NCBI GenBank assembly: GCA_012295275.1
Contig: CM022672.1
Coordinates: forward strand, 23,064,001-23,128,000
DNA: 64,000 bases
Source of the DNA: Chrysomallon squamiferum
Lineage: Eukaryota; Animalia; Mollusca
Reading direction: 5' to 3'
Shown: positions 28,133 through 40,364 of the stretch, in pieces
How the letters are laid out: each line of letters begins with the position of its first letter
Numbering within the stretch: the first letter of the stretch is position 1
Notes under the pieces: generated by a model
Told to the model about the DNA's origin: nothing
Database searches by the model: none
The model's input: the letters and a program-made list of their open reading frames with translations, nothing else
Position numbers and translations under genes: made by a program

Positions 28133-31100
28133 ATGTATTCAAGAGTTTCGGCGCCTGGTTGGCTATATAAGGATGAATTTAATGAAAATGACAGCAGTGA
28201 CGATCATCAAGATAACGAGGGTGAAGTTAAACACTTAAAACAACCTATGAAAAAGTCAGGTAACAATGGTTCTGACACCAAGGATAATGCATCATTACCA
28301 TCATCGGAGACATCAGCACCAAAAAACGTTCCAAAACATTTATGGGAGGTAAATTATAACCCCCCAAAAACCCAAAACCCCCCACAAAACAACTAATTAT
28401 TTTATAAAGCGCTATTAATAGTATTATTAAGCCGTTGCAGACGAATTGTTACATAAGATCAAAGATATCAGTAATTATTATTATTTAACTTATCTAACAA
28501 AATATCATCAATATGTGTTAATTTTTATTTATTTATTTGTTTACTTATTATTAGTGTGAGGTTTTATTTTTTTGTTTGTTTGCTAATTAATTAATTTATC
28601 TTAAAAAAGAAATTCCAGAAACTAGAGAAAAGGACAGATGATGTTACAAGAAGGTCTACAGAAAAAAGAATGAAACAAATCCAAAATGAAATCATGATCA
28701 AAGGTAATCTTTTAATATAGTATTCAAATATATTGGACTGTTTCAGTTAAAACTACTTTTTGCTGCATTCTTATTATCTATATTCTTTCTAAGATGTTAT
28801 TTAGGTAAACTCATAGGTATACTTACTAAACTTAGTCACTACAAAATTCCCAGAAAACAATGATCAAATATTTTAGATAGCTGTTTTTAGAATTTCAGAT
28901 AATAAACATTTTTATACTGAGGGAAAAACCCCAAGAAATTTATTTTTTAAATTAAACAAAGATATCCATAATCCTGAAAAATAAGAAGTATTTTTTCTAC
29001 CATATTAACAGATATAAATTAAAGAAACAAATTCGGAAATTATTAACACCACCCATGGGTATATTTTAAACTGAAACATATATTATAAAGTAGTGAATGT
29101 AAATAAAATGTATTTACTGTGTACATGCACAACACACAAGCAGTCTGGATCATTAAGACATGGTTTTCATAAATTGCAGCCTTGGGCTCTCAAACAGTTA
29201 ACTTGTGTTCTCTTTGAAAATATTTCTTGAGGCATCACAGTACTTGTACCTGAAAGGTCTACAAAATATTAATCCTGCATTGCTCATTAAATACAGAAGA
29301 AAAAAAATATTTTGTTTATTTTTTATAAATTATATCTTTCAGTGCATGAAGAGATTTCCAGGCCTGAAGATGTGGAAATTCTTCGAGCATATGATGTGAA
29401 GTTTGGTCCACCAAATGAAAAATCTGTTAAAAAGAAATCGAAGAAACGTCCACTGTCCAGTGTGAGGTAAAAAGATTTTGTATACTACACACACTTTTGA
29501 AATTGATTATTTAGCCATAACAATGGGAAAATATCTCAACACTGTTGGTTTTACATCTTCATGCTTTTAAAAATATGTTGATACGTTAACTGAAGGATAT
29601 TTAGTTTTAATATGAACCAAACAATTAAAGAATATACAGCAAAGTGTAGCAAAGTTAATTTAAAAATAGTAATAATTGGATTTAGGACAAAGAGTCTGAT
29701 TTTCTCAAACTTGATATGGATATATAAATCATGGAAGATTTTGATTGTACATTGTTCATAGTATTTACTGAAGCAATGGATTGCCAATCAGAAATTCTCA
29801 GGTATATTAGTGTTTTCTCTTGGTAAAACTTAAAATAATATGAATTATGATCTATTGAACAGTTTGATCCTTGGTATGTCTGAAGTTCTACTTGATTTTA
29901 CTATTTGCTGCTCACCAGTCTTATTTTTGTTCTTTCAGTAGTGTCAAAGAAGACACAGTCAGCAAAACAGAAAGTAAACATGAAGCAGAGTTTTCTGAAA
30001 TCAATAAATACATGGGAGTCAATGATCATCTGAAAGGAATAGATCATGGACAATATGCTCGAAAAACTGAAGTTGAGGAGAAAATCACAGAAGCCATTGC
30101 TAAAGGTGACATTAAAAAAGCTGAGGAATTAAGTGACCATTTGGCTACAAGGGAGGTAAGATTCTGTTTTGCATTTTTCTTTTAATGTGTATTTAATATT
30201 ACTTTATAAGAAATAATTTTTGAGACAGTAATTTTTTTAAGAAAGGAATCGAAATAAAAAATTACAATCTATTTTCAAAACTGTCATGAAAAGTCTAAAT
30301 GTAAAAAAAGAAAAGAAAAGGAGCATCATTTATCACATTTATCTTGAGCTTTTAAAATCAATATTTTATCATTTGTTCTCATTTGATTATTCAGATCAGT
30401 GCTATTTGATTTCCAGCAGATGTTTACTGATGTTAATTTAGAGTGTTATGTAATTTGGATTTAATCAAATGAGTAAAACCAACACATATTTTTTTCTTTA
30501 AGCATTTTTATTTAGTGATTAACAATTTATGTACCCTGTACTTTACAGTTTTGTATAATGTAATATACAAAAACAATAACAACAAAAATAAAAACAACAA
30601 AATACAACAACAAAAAATGATAGCAAATCTATGTAACAAATATATTAAATTTCAAGAAAACTGATTGTTGTATATGTTATAAGAAAGTATATAAATGAAT
30701 TTTTATTACAATTTTACTGTTATTGTTAGACCTCTCAAGATAAAGCCATATCTAGTTTGTATAAGAACATTCAACATAAATGTTAATGCAAATCAGAATT
30801 AACCACTTTCATGTTAAAATTTTGTAAATGTCCTTTTATAGCTTTTGGTATGATTGACATATATTGTTAACTTATGAACCAGTTATGAAGGATGATAACA
30901 TTGCCTGACACATATGGCATAATCAGCAACAACAGGAAGCTTTTTTTAATAACAATGATCATAAAAATGTGTACATAATTTCTGTGAAAGGTGTCACATG
31001 CTGAAAGCATAATTGAAAACATTGCAAAGTCTTGTATATCATGAATGAAATCATTATTATGATATGCAATAAACATCTGCTAAATATTCTATTAATAATT

Positions 31101-34100
31101 GAAGAATATCCTTAAGTTTTGCCATCAAGTTATTTTATTTTGATAAATAATAATGAAAATTAACAGGAATTAAATTACAATTAATTTTTTTTTTAATAAA
31201 ACTAATATCAGGAACATTTAATGCTTGTAAAAATGTCCTTTATGCCAACCCATTAATGTGATGTAAAATTGGAATATTAAACATTTCTGAATTTCTTAAA
31301 GCTTTGTTGTACCAAATTAACAATAAATTCACTAATTTATTGTGGTTGGTTTCTTGCCACATTTTTATTTTTTTAGTTATGACCAAGACCATCCCTGTTT
31401 CTTATTTCTTTTGCCATCTTATGTACTCATCTGAGATAATCCTTTGTCTACAGAGCCATAAGTTTATTAAAAAAAGATATTCACTATTACTAAATAGTAT
31501 AGTTATTTAGAGTTCATTCCTCCCCAAAAATCATTCAGATCACTTTTCAAATGTATATCACAGATCGGTAGACTCAGCTTGAGTGTCTTTAAGTACTGTG
31601 TCTCTCAAACAAATATAATCTTGAATGCTGGTTGGAACTGGCAATCTGCGAGACCCGTAAAACACATTGTAATGACCTTGAAATGACTGCCTGACAGACA
31701 GTCGGCAGTAATGTTTGAGAGGATGAACTGTACACTTGTAGGTCTTCATCCAGTCGAGAAACTCTTTGTCTCTCACAGGATCAAGTTTGCTTTGTTCTTC
31801 GGCTGTCAGATTATTACCAACTAAAACGAATGCTTTAAGACTGTCATACATCTGACCATTGCGGAGAAGATAGAGTAGGTTACTCTGTCCATTGCTTCTC
31901 AGTGCTCTGATGTTTGGTGTACAGCGAATCAGGGTCTGAAGAATCTGGTCATTGGAATCTTTCCATAAACTTATTGAACCATCAAACTGCAGCCACAGTG
32001 TTCCTAGATCCAGTAATCGTTCTGCATAATTTATTAGTGTCTCAAGACATTCTGAATCATTCTTCTTGATGGCTGTGCTTATTGGTGTTATGTTGAAGTC
32101 ATTTTTGGCCAGTGGATTAGCTCCCAATTGAAGGAGCACTTCAATGATGTTAGCATATCCTTGTTTGGTTGCTAAGTGAAGTGCTGAGTTGCCACCATGG
32201 AAGTGAAGTTTTCTGTTCACATTGAAGCCGTTGTGAATGAGGTCATTGATGGATTCAATGTCATTGTGGAGGACTGCATCTTCCATCTGTTTCTCCTGGC
32301 TGGCTGGAGTTTGCAGAAATGGTAGCAGACCATTATTCATTTTTAAAAAGCTCTTTTATCCTGGAAATAAATAAATGAGTTAAATTAAACTTACATTTGA
32401 TTCACGTTTCTGATGAATATGAACAAACAAATATACTTATTAATAAATATTTACAGTACACATTAATTCATATAAATAGATTCATGAACAGGTATCTAAA
32501 AAACAAATTTCTCATTTACCTGATATAGTATGCAGGTAATTTATCTTCTCCTTGACAATCATGTCAGTGAAATAATATCTGAATAATAGTTTTGCCAGTT
32601 TGCCATCTTTTATTCTTCTATGTAACTCTGAGTAAATCAGCCCTAGAGATCACACAGTCAAATAATTTTGTTTTATCTCTAACATCCCTCAGCGTCCAGC
32701 CAAGCAGATAATTATGACTTTGTTGAGCCATGTCACGACGTCTCTTCATTTCACTCTACGTCAACTTCCTTATTGATTTTAGCCTTTGGTGTTAAAACAG
32801 GGGAGATAACTATAACGTAACAATAGTTAATGGATACTTAGGCTGTGTAGAATAATTCTACTCGTTACATTTCAGATCTTCTATGTTACTGTGGTTAAAG
32901 AGAATTCTTGTTTTAAAATGAAATTTATAATCCTTATGTCAAGGAAATGCCAGTCTCATTGGTTTTAAACAAATATTATTATAAACATCATATTTCATAC
33001 TTGCCACATTGTACATCTCCTTATCACATTGTATATCTATAATTCTGTTTTGCTTTTAAGCTTTATTAAATTCAGGTATACATTATATATTTTGAAGCTG
33101 TTTCCTTTATCTTATAATATACAAACCATATGTTTGATATTAAAGGCCTTTTAAATAAATAATTACTTAAATAATTATACAGGAATTTGTGATAAAATAT
33201 TTGTTTCTTTTCAGTTTGGAAAAAGAGTTTGTGAAGCAATAGATGCTAAAGCCTATGTTCAGCAGAAAAAGGTAAGATTATATATTTTTAATTAGCAAGA
33301 ATTTTGCAACATTCTTTTTTTATTTAATCTTTTTATTTCATTCAATATTTTTAATGGTAATAATTATCTACACTTAATGACTTTTTAATAAATTTGAAAT
33401 TCCTAGTTGAATATGCTATTAAATTTAATTTGTGTTTTTTATGTTTCAAATCTAACAATATGTTTTCATGGTGGTTAAATAATATCTTTTTATGCAAGCC
33501 CCAACAATATTTTCCCATTTCCCCAAAACAACTGCATAAATATCTAATAATCTTTAGTTGTCATTTAATAATTCATTGACTGTTTGTTGATTTCACAATA
33601 TAACAAAAAAAACCACATCAGAAATGTGTGGTTTAAAGAATTGTTATTAAATATTACTTACTTTTTTTTGTTTCAAATGTGTTCTAAAGAAAATTCCCCT
33701 CTTCACTATGACCAGAGGTAATGTTCTTCTAATTGGTTTGTTACTGTTTGTCTTATTGATTGTCTGGTAACTCATCAAGTTGAGTGACCATGAACTACAC
33801 ACACTGAGTCACTTACCAGAGACTCCCGATCAATCAGTGTACATTATCAGTCATCATGGAAATAGGTTATATAAACTCAGTGGTTACAGTGATAGATTCA
33901 GGCATGGAGGGTCACAGGATCAATCCTTGTTAGTGATCATGAACTATACAAACTGAGTCATTCACCAGTGAGTCCTGATCAATAAATGTACATTGTCAGT
34001 ATCTGGGTTATTCCTCTGTGGTTTCACTGATAGTTTGAGTCATGAAGGGTTATGTGATCAGTCCTCATTAGTGATCATGAACTACAACACATAGACAGTC

Positions 34101-36758
34101 ACTAGTGAATCCAAGTCAGTCAGTTTACACACTTGGCAGATTAACATTATGATTGCAGCATTTGTGTTTGATATTTTACTATAGATGATTATGTTGCAGT
34201 GTTTTATTAGAAATGTTTTTCTTTGATGAAAAGGTTGTTGGAAAAAACCTTCATTTGCTGAGGTTCTGTTAATCCTATACCAACAACAGTATATAAAATA
34301 TGAATATTGTTTTTGAATGAGAATGGTTAAATATTCTGTATCTGTAGTCTTACTGTCAGAGAAACAAATTTAAATTTCTTAATTAAAAAAAAAATAATAC
34401 AATAAATTTACAAATACAACAACAATTTTTATAATTTATATTGGTCATGTCTTGTCATTCTTTTAAAAATATGTTGATAAATTAACTGAAGGATATTTGG
34501 TTTTAATATAAACCAAACAGTTAAAGAATACACAGCAAATTATAGCACAGTTAATTAAAAAAATGGTAATAATTGGACTTAGTACCTGATTTTCTCATTC
34601 TTGATATGGAAATGTAGAACAGGGAGAATTTTGTTTTTTTAACATAAATTAGAAAATGAACAGTTACCCATTCTGAATAAGTGATTTTTAGTTTTATTTG
34701 GATGATAAATAAAGCCTAAAGGGGTCATCTCTAAACTGCATCATCATGTAAACTTGTAATAATAGCATTTATTTTGATCTTGATAACAAATTAATATTTA
34801 ATATATTTTTGGTGGTTAAGAACAACCTATAAAATTTAATACTGTGAAAATATGAACAGTGAAGTTACAAAGTAAGTGATGTATTTTGTAATTTTGAATA
34901 ACATTTCATGACATGATAAATTATCAAAATGTTCACTATAAAAATTAATGTTTTGCAGTCTGTTACTATCATTGCTTGAATCTAACTTAATTAATAAGTA
35001 TAATATTAACCATTATTGACAGATAATATTAGAAGTTGTCATTTGCGACTAAATGTGGAATTACTCATGTTAATGTAGAACATTTGACTTTGACCTGTTT
35101 TGGCTATTAACAATAAAATTTAAGAAAATCTTTTTGGCAGCTTGCTTGTTGCAATGTGATAGTTTTTCTTCTGTACTTTGTGACAGATTTGTTCTCACAT
35201 TGCTAACAGACGATGGTCTCCTGCAGAGTTTTATTTCAGTTTTAGTCTGTGTTTATCAGGTTAACTTATGCATAATATGTCAATTTTTATTTCTTTTTTA
35301 TTTACTGCACCTGATATTTGCCCATTCTTTGTCAGGTGTAATTATTACCTGAACTCTGTGTAGTTAGTTTTTGTAAAGACATTATGATATCTAGGATTCT
35401 GCAGATTTACAGATTACAGATTTTTTTTAAAAGAATTATTTGAACACTTATTTATAAATTTATTTTTCTTTTGGATTGCTTATGTGTATGTATTTATGAT
35501 GTGTGTATGTGTGTAAGGTATATGTATCTTGTATGTTTTATGAATCTCTGTGAATGAGTGCATGTGTATTTATTCCTATTTTCAATTTATAACAACAAAA
35601 TGTTTGATATCTCACAGTACTGTTAAAATTAAATTACGGAGACCAGACATTTATTTATTAATAAAATAAAATATAATGAAGATTCAAAATTTTAGAATCG
35701 TATTTTAAAACAGTTACTAATATTGTTCTTTTGAAAAAAGTCTGGCTTCATTGCTTATGAAAACTATTGAAGAATTACTGTGAAAGGAGAAAGATAAATT
35801 AGATAAACTAAAATTAGCTGTCAGAATGTAACAAGATCTGACTCAGCAAATGAGTACACCATTTATAAAAATGAATCATATAATTAAAAAAAGGAAGACA
35901 CTTAAAAAAAATCAATATCAGTTTCTATCTTTTTATTCTGCTCATTTATTTTGTTATTCCTTTTTTTTTTTCCTTTCTTACTGTTTTTGTTTTCTTATTG
36001 TTTGATTAATTTTTTTTTATATAGGTACACAATACCCCTTGTCCAAAATATAATATTAAAAAAAAATTTAATTTAAATGATTTTTTTAACAAAAGAATGC
36101 AGAATTACATTGTTTCTTTGCACCAGGTAAATTCAAATACATAAACAGTTGGTTTTAATTCATATTTTTTTTGTTTTATAAAAGGAAGAAAGTGAGACAG
36201 CCAAAGCAAAAAGAAAGAAAAAATTACCTTGGGGGTAAGTGCTTACTATTTATTATTCATTATTTTTATGTTTAAAAAGACAATAACAATATAAAATTAT
36301 ATATTTGAGGTCCTGTGAGTGCAAGGACAAAGCTATAGTAGAGAATGTAAAAAGTTCATGTTAAAAACGCCTAGATAGCTTGAGCTACATCATGTTCTAA
36401 AACTTAGCATGCACACTAAGATTTTTACAAAAACCTTTTCTGTCACCATAACATACATGATGGGTCTCCAACAACAACAACAACAACAAAAAAATTAAAA
36501 AATTAAAATAAAGATAAAAATAAAGAAAAATAAAGATAAATAAAGATAAAGATAAAGATAAAGATTAAAATAAAAATAATTAATTAGGTTCTTGTTATTT
36601 TTCTTAAAGAACCTGTTATATCATATTGCTCATCCAAGCCAGAAAGGTTAAATGTTGTGGATATTTGTGTTTCATATTAAAAAAATGAATAAGATTAAAG
36701 ATCCATGTTATAATTTAACTCATCAGTGAAGAAAGGTTCACAGTGAGAACAGCTGGGT

Positions 36759-36789
<31 letters not shown>

Positions 36790-38225
36790 TTAAACAATGT
36801 GTATTACACAAGACATTTGTGTTAAAATAGTTCCAAATTTTTTTTTTTTTTTTTTTTTTCTCCTTACTAAGAAGGGAATGCTTTTTAGATACCCACCTAA
36901 GATCCCTTTTAGATTTTCTTCTGGTTATTTTTAAATCTTTCATATATTATTACTTTTTCTTAAACTGAGTTACAAATGCATTGCATTCTTCAGTCCTGTG
37001 TCTATCCCAGGCAGGAATATTTTCAGATTTTTGTTTGCTGTTTGCTTTTCTTTATTGCCTTGATGAGCTAATAATGATGGTAATGTACAGCTGGGTGCCA
37101 TAAGAATTGTGTTTCTTGCTTGCTGTCTGTCTTGTAAATCACCAGCTTCATTTTCTGCTGTATATTGTGTAAACCTAATAAGCTTTCTATATTAGACCTG
37201 TCATTCTGTTGATATTGTTACCCAGACTCTTAAGTTAATTTATACTGTGTAGATGATGAGATAGTTAATTTCAGTTATCTTTTCTTCTTTTTTTTCCCTT
37301 CGTGGTTAAAAAAATGTCTTTTACTTACTTCTTGTCTCTAATTATTCTGTTTTATCTCAAGAATTTCTGCTGATTGTCATACAAATTTTGACAAACTTAA
37401 TAGCAGTTTTTAATTTAAATTTTTTTTTTTTTTTAGTTGTTGTATTCATATGGAACCTCATTACATTTTGCCAATTATTTATCTCATTTATACAACACAT
37501 TAATGATATAACCGTTTTTCTTCAGGCTATTTTTTTTTTTCTTCCAGAAAATATTTATTCTTTATCAAATTATTTTAAATTGGATTTTTTTTTTTTTTTT
37601 TTGGCAATGTTAAAAAACAGTAAAATCTTGTTTATTTGCAATAAATACATAATGAGTTAATTAATTTGTATCTTGCCCTGTTCCATAAACATATTTTTTA
37701 AATTTATAAAAGAATATTAGAAATTATTATTTTTTTTAATTTCTCTATATTTATAGCATTCGTAGGTTTTGTATGTTTTTGCATGCATTTGTTTCTGTCT
37801 GACTGTCTGTACGTCATCACTGGATTAAGATTTGATTAATCCTTCTTGCTTTAGTATTGTCTTTTTTTTAATTATAATGCTGTAATGCTATAAAAACTCT
37901 TCTGTTCATAACAGACAATAATCATTAACATTTCTAACATTTTATCTGTCTATGTAGGTAACCTTAAATTTTTCTAAAAGTAAAACGTTCATTTGGTATA
38001 AAATAAAAATGCATTTTTGTAATTTTTTAAGCATTTTTATTTATTTATATATATTTTTTTTGTATAAAATACAGTACATGTATGTTTTTATGCTGTTTTC
38101 TTCTCTTCATTCTTAGATAATGTCAGTATGTTAAAATACGTATTAGTCTGATATTTGTATGTTTATTTCTTTTGATTTTCAGATTTCTGCACAAAAAGAA
38201 ATGGGAGACTAAGGGAAATATGTGA
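28133..38225 (+). CDS. FAM204A: Protein FAM204A homologue (266 aa)
   Basis: Exons (+): 28133-28348, 28610-28703, 29343-29466, 29939-30155, 33215-33271, 36185-36234, 38183-38225; the 801 nt form an open frame. Motifs PKNVPKHLWEKFQKL, KYMGVNDH, AEELSDHLATREFGKRV and KKKLPWGFLHKKKWETKGNM match the FAM204A family. Confidence 0.93.
29564..29743 (+). repeat. Dispersed direct repeat, copy 1 (FAM204A intron 3)
   Basis: Aligns with 34460-34633: cttttaaaaatatgttgata..ttaactgaaggatattt.gttttaatat.aaccaaaca.ttaaagaata...ctgattttctca..cttgatatgga. Confidence 0.85.
31558..32340 (-). CDS. Ankyrin repeat and SOCS box (ASB-like) protein, 260 aa, nested antisense in FAM204A intron 4
   Basis: Uninterrupted ORF with about 3 ankyrin repeats (GNSALHLATKQGYANIIEVLLQLGANP; NITPISTAIKKNDSECLETLI) and a C-terminal SOCS box (PLKHYCRLSVR...LPVPTSIQDYI). 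The start context is aaaaATG. A 5' UTR intron is predicted at 32519-32361 (cag|gtaaat...tttccag). Confidence 0.92.
   Translation of the reverse strand: MNNGLLPFLQTPASQEKQMEDAVLHNDIESINDLIHNGFNVNRKLHFHGGNSALHLATKQGYANIIEVLLQLGANPLAKNDFNITPISTAIKKNDSECLETLINYAERLLDLGTLWLQFDGSISLWKDSNDQILQTLIRCTPNIRALRSNGQSNLLYLLRNGQMYDSLKAFVLVGNNLTAEEQSKLDPVRDKEFLDWMKTYKCTVHPLKHYCRLSVRQSFQGHYNVFYGSRRLPVPTSIQDYICLRDTVLKDTQAESTDL
32690..32875 (-). promoter_or_regulatory. Putative promoter of the nested ASB-like gene
   Basis: A small CpG-retaining islet inside otherwise CpG-poor intron, with CRE/ATF-like cores (gtcacgacgtc, tacgtca), just upstream of the predicted UTR exon. Confidence 0.4.
33781..34130 (+). repeat. 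Degenerate tandem repeat, ~140-150 bp unit, ~2.5 copies
   Basis: agtga(c/t)catgaacta recurs at ~33783, ~33932 and ~34070, each followed by gtca..cacca/tagtga...tca.t.a.tgtaca. The units contain tRNA A/B-box-like remnants (ctcagtggtt...ggatcaatcc). Confidence 0.75.
34460..34633 (+). repeat. Dispersed direct repeat, copy 2 (FAM204A intron 5)
   Basis: Aligns with 29564-29743. Confidence 0.85.
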
Positions 38226-38526
38226 TGATGTAAAAATCAGGTAAACTCTGAGTAAGCACAGATAAGAAATTCTGAAAAATACACAAAAAAACAATTCAAA
38301 AGAAAACAAAAAATACAACAGCAAAAATAAAAATAAATAAATAAAATTAAAATAGAATGCAAAAAGTACAGAAAACCACCAAGACAACAGGAAAAAACAA
38401 AATACAAAACAAAAAAAACATGCAAGAAAAGAAAGAGAATTTAAAAAAAAGATAAAAAAAAAAAAATAGTGATAGTAGATGTGTATTTATCATCTTGACA
38501 TGTGGATCAAACCTTTGCCAAAAGCT

Positions 38527-38822
38527 GGACTGAAGTGGTAATTGGATCACAGTTCTGATGGACAGGACTACAGTGGAAATTGGATCACAGTTCTGATGGA
38601 CAGGATTAAAGTGGTAATTGGATCACAGTTCTGGACAGGATTAAAATGGTAATTGGATCACAGTTCTGGTGGACAGGATTAAAATGGTAATTGGATCACA
38701 GTTCTGATGGACAGGATTAAAATGGTAATTGGATCACAGTTCTGATGGACAGGATTGCAGTGGAAATTGAATCAGTTCTGATGGACAGGACTAAAGTGGA
38801 AACTGGATTTAGTTCTGATGGT
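38527..38822 (+). repeat. 38-bp minisatellite, 8 copies, in the probable FAM204A 3' UTR
   Basis: The unit ggattaaaatggtaattggatcacagttctgatggaca repeats head-to-tail with few variants, ~300 nt downstream of the stop and upstream of AATAAA signals at ~39153-39225. Confidence 0.95.
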
Positions 38823-39263
38823 CTTAGAAAGAATGGGTTAACACAACTTCTGGATCACAGATTTATTTACATATAGACATAATTTGAAACATATATAATT
38901 TTGTATTTTATTTATTGTATTTTTTCCTCTTAAATATTTTATAATCTGTTTTATGTGTTTTGTAAGTGTAATATACATTTATATGTGTATACTGTGTACC
39001 AGAATGTTTCAGGTATCTGTGTGTGTGTGTGTGGTTTTATGGCTTTTTGTATAATATGTCTGTATGTTCATGCATTGTAATTTTATGTATAAATTTTTTT
39101 CTTGTTGAATTTTATTAGTATAAATAATATATTAGAATATTTAAATATTAGAAATAAAGCAACAAATACAAAAAAAATTTTTTCTGAAATAAATCCTGAC
39201 AAATTTTTGAATTGTTTGTAATAAAACCAAAATGGAAAAATTATTAAAAAAAAAAATAAAAAA

Positions 39264-39327
<64 letters not shown>

Positions 39328-39523
39328 AAAAAATTAAAAATTAAAAAATAAATATAACAACTAACGAAATATTTTGACAAAAGGCCAATGGATTGAGAAC
39401 TGCGTTTTTATTGTTTGCGTTATTTTCTGCTCTTCTAATATTTATAGAACTTGAGAGAATGCAATACAATTCCTGTTTTAAACGATTAAACAGAAGTGCT
39501 AAAAATAAATTAAAAAAAAGATG

Positions 39524-39554
<31 letters not shown>

Positions 39555-40364
39555 AAATAAAATAACAAAATAACAAAAAGGATAATAAAAAGAATATTTT
39601 TTCTTTTCTAGTCTGTTTCTTTTTAATTTAATGATCTCTGCAGTTTAAAATTTAAAATAAAATTTATTTATATAAATTCCCAGTTTTCCTAATCTTCCAA
39701 AAACAAAACAAAACAAGATTAATAATAATAATAATAATAATTAAAAAAAACCTTACAAACCAAACTAAGGTTGAAGTCTTAAAACTGATATTGTAAATGC
39801 AATATTCTAAAAGTACTGAAGTTCAGATATGTGTACCAAAGTTGTGTTATGTCTGACTTTACTAGATCTGAGACAATAAACGAAAGGCAATTAAAAACTG
39901 AACTGAAAATAGCTTCCTATGACATACTACTCAACGACAACAGTAACAGAAGCAATGACATATAGAACAATAACAATAACAACAACTACTACTATTATTA
40001 AGTACTACTACTTGATTAATCATTACTATTATTGTCTACTACTACTACTACCACTACTATTACTACTTGTACTGTGATTACTGCTACTGCTACGACTACT
40101 ATTACCACTGCTTCCGTAACTACTACCACTGCTTCTACAAAGTACTTTATTACTATTACTACTGTTATTACACTCCATTACTACTAAAACTACTACAACT
40201 ATTGCTACTGCTAATAATAAAAAGTAATATATACGATATTAACAGTATTTTTTCTTAATTGAACTTTTTAATACAGTAAAATTCATAATATAGTAAGCAA
40301 CACTGAACTTAGGTGTATATGTATGTGTACGAGCATATTGTGTTGATGAATATTTTTATATATA

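Noticed and set aside
33128-33142. atatgtttgatat resembling miR-190; also partial miR-153- and miR-281-like matches near 12049 and 2844
   Set aside because: The matches are partial, with no complete mature sequence and no precursor hairpin.
35130-37330. Possible extra minus-strand exons of the ASB gene in FAM204A introns 5-6 (donor-like sites near 35347 and 37324)
   Set aside because: Only isolated splice-like motifs, with no ORF or promoter support.
38223-38228. TGA TGA at the FAM204A end as selenocysteine or readthrough
   Set aside because: It falls at the conserved family C-terminus (WETKGNM), and I recognised no SECIS element.
38527-38822. CRISPR-like array interpretation of the 38-bp and ~68-bp repeats
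   Set aside because: The units are head-to-tail without unique spacers, the DNA is eukaryotic, and there are no cas genes.
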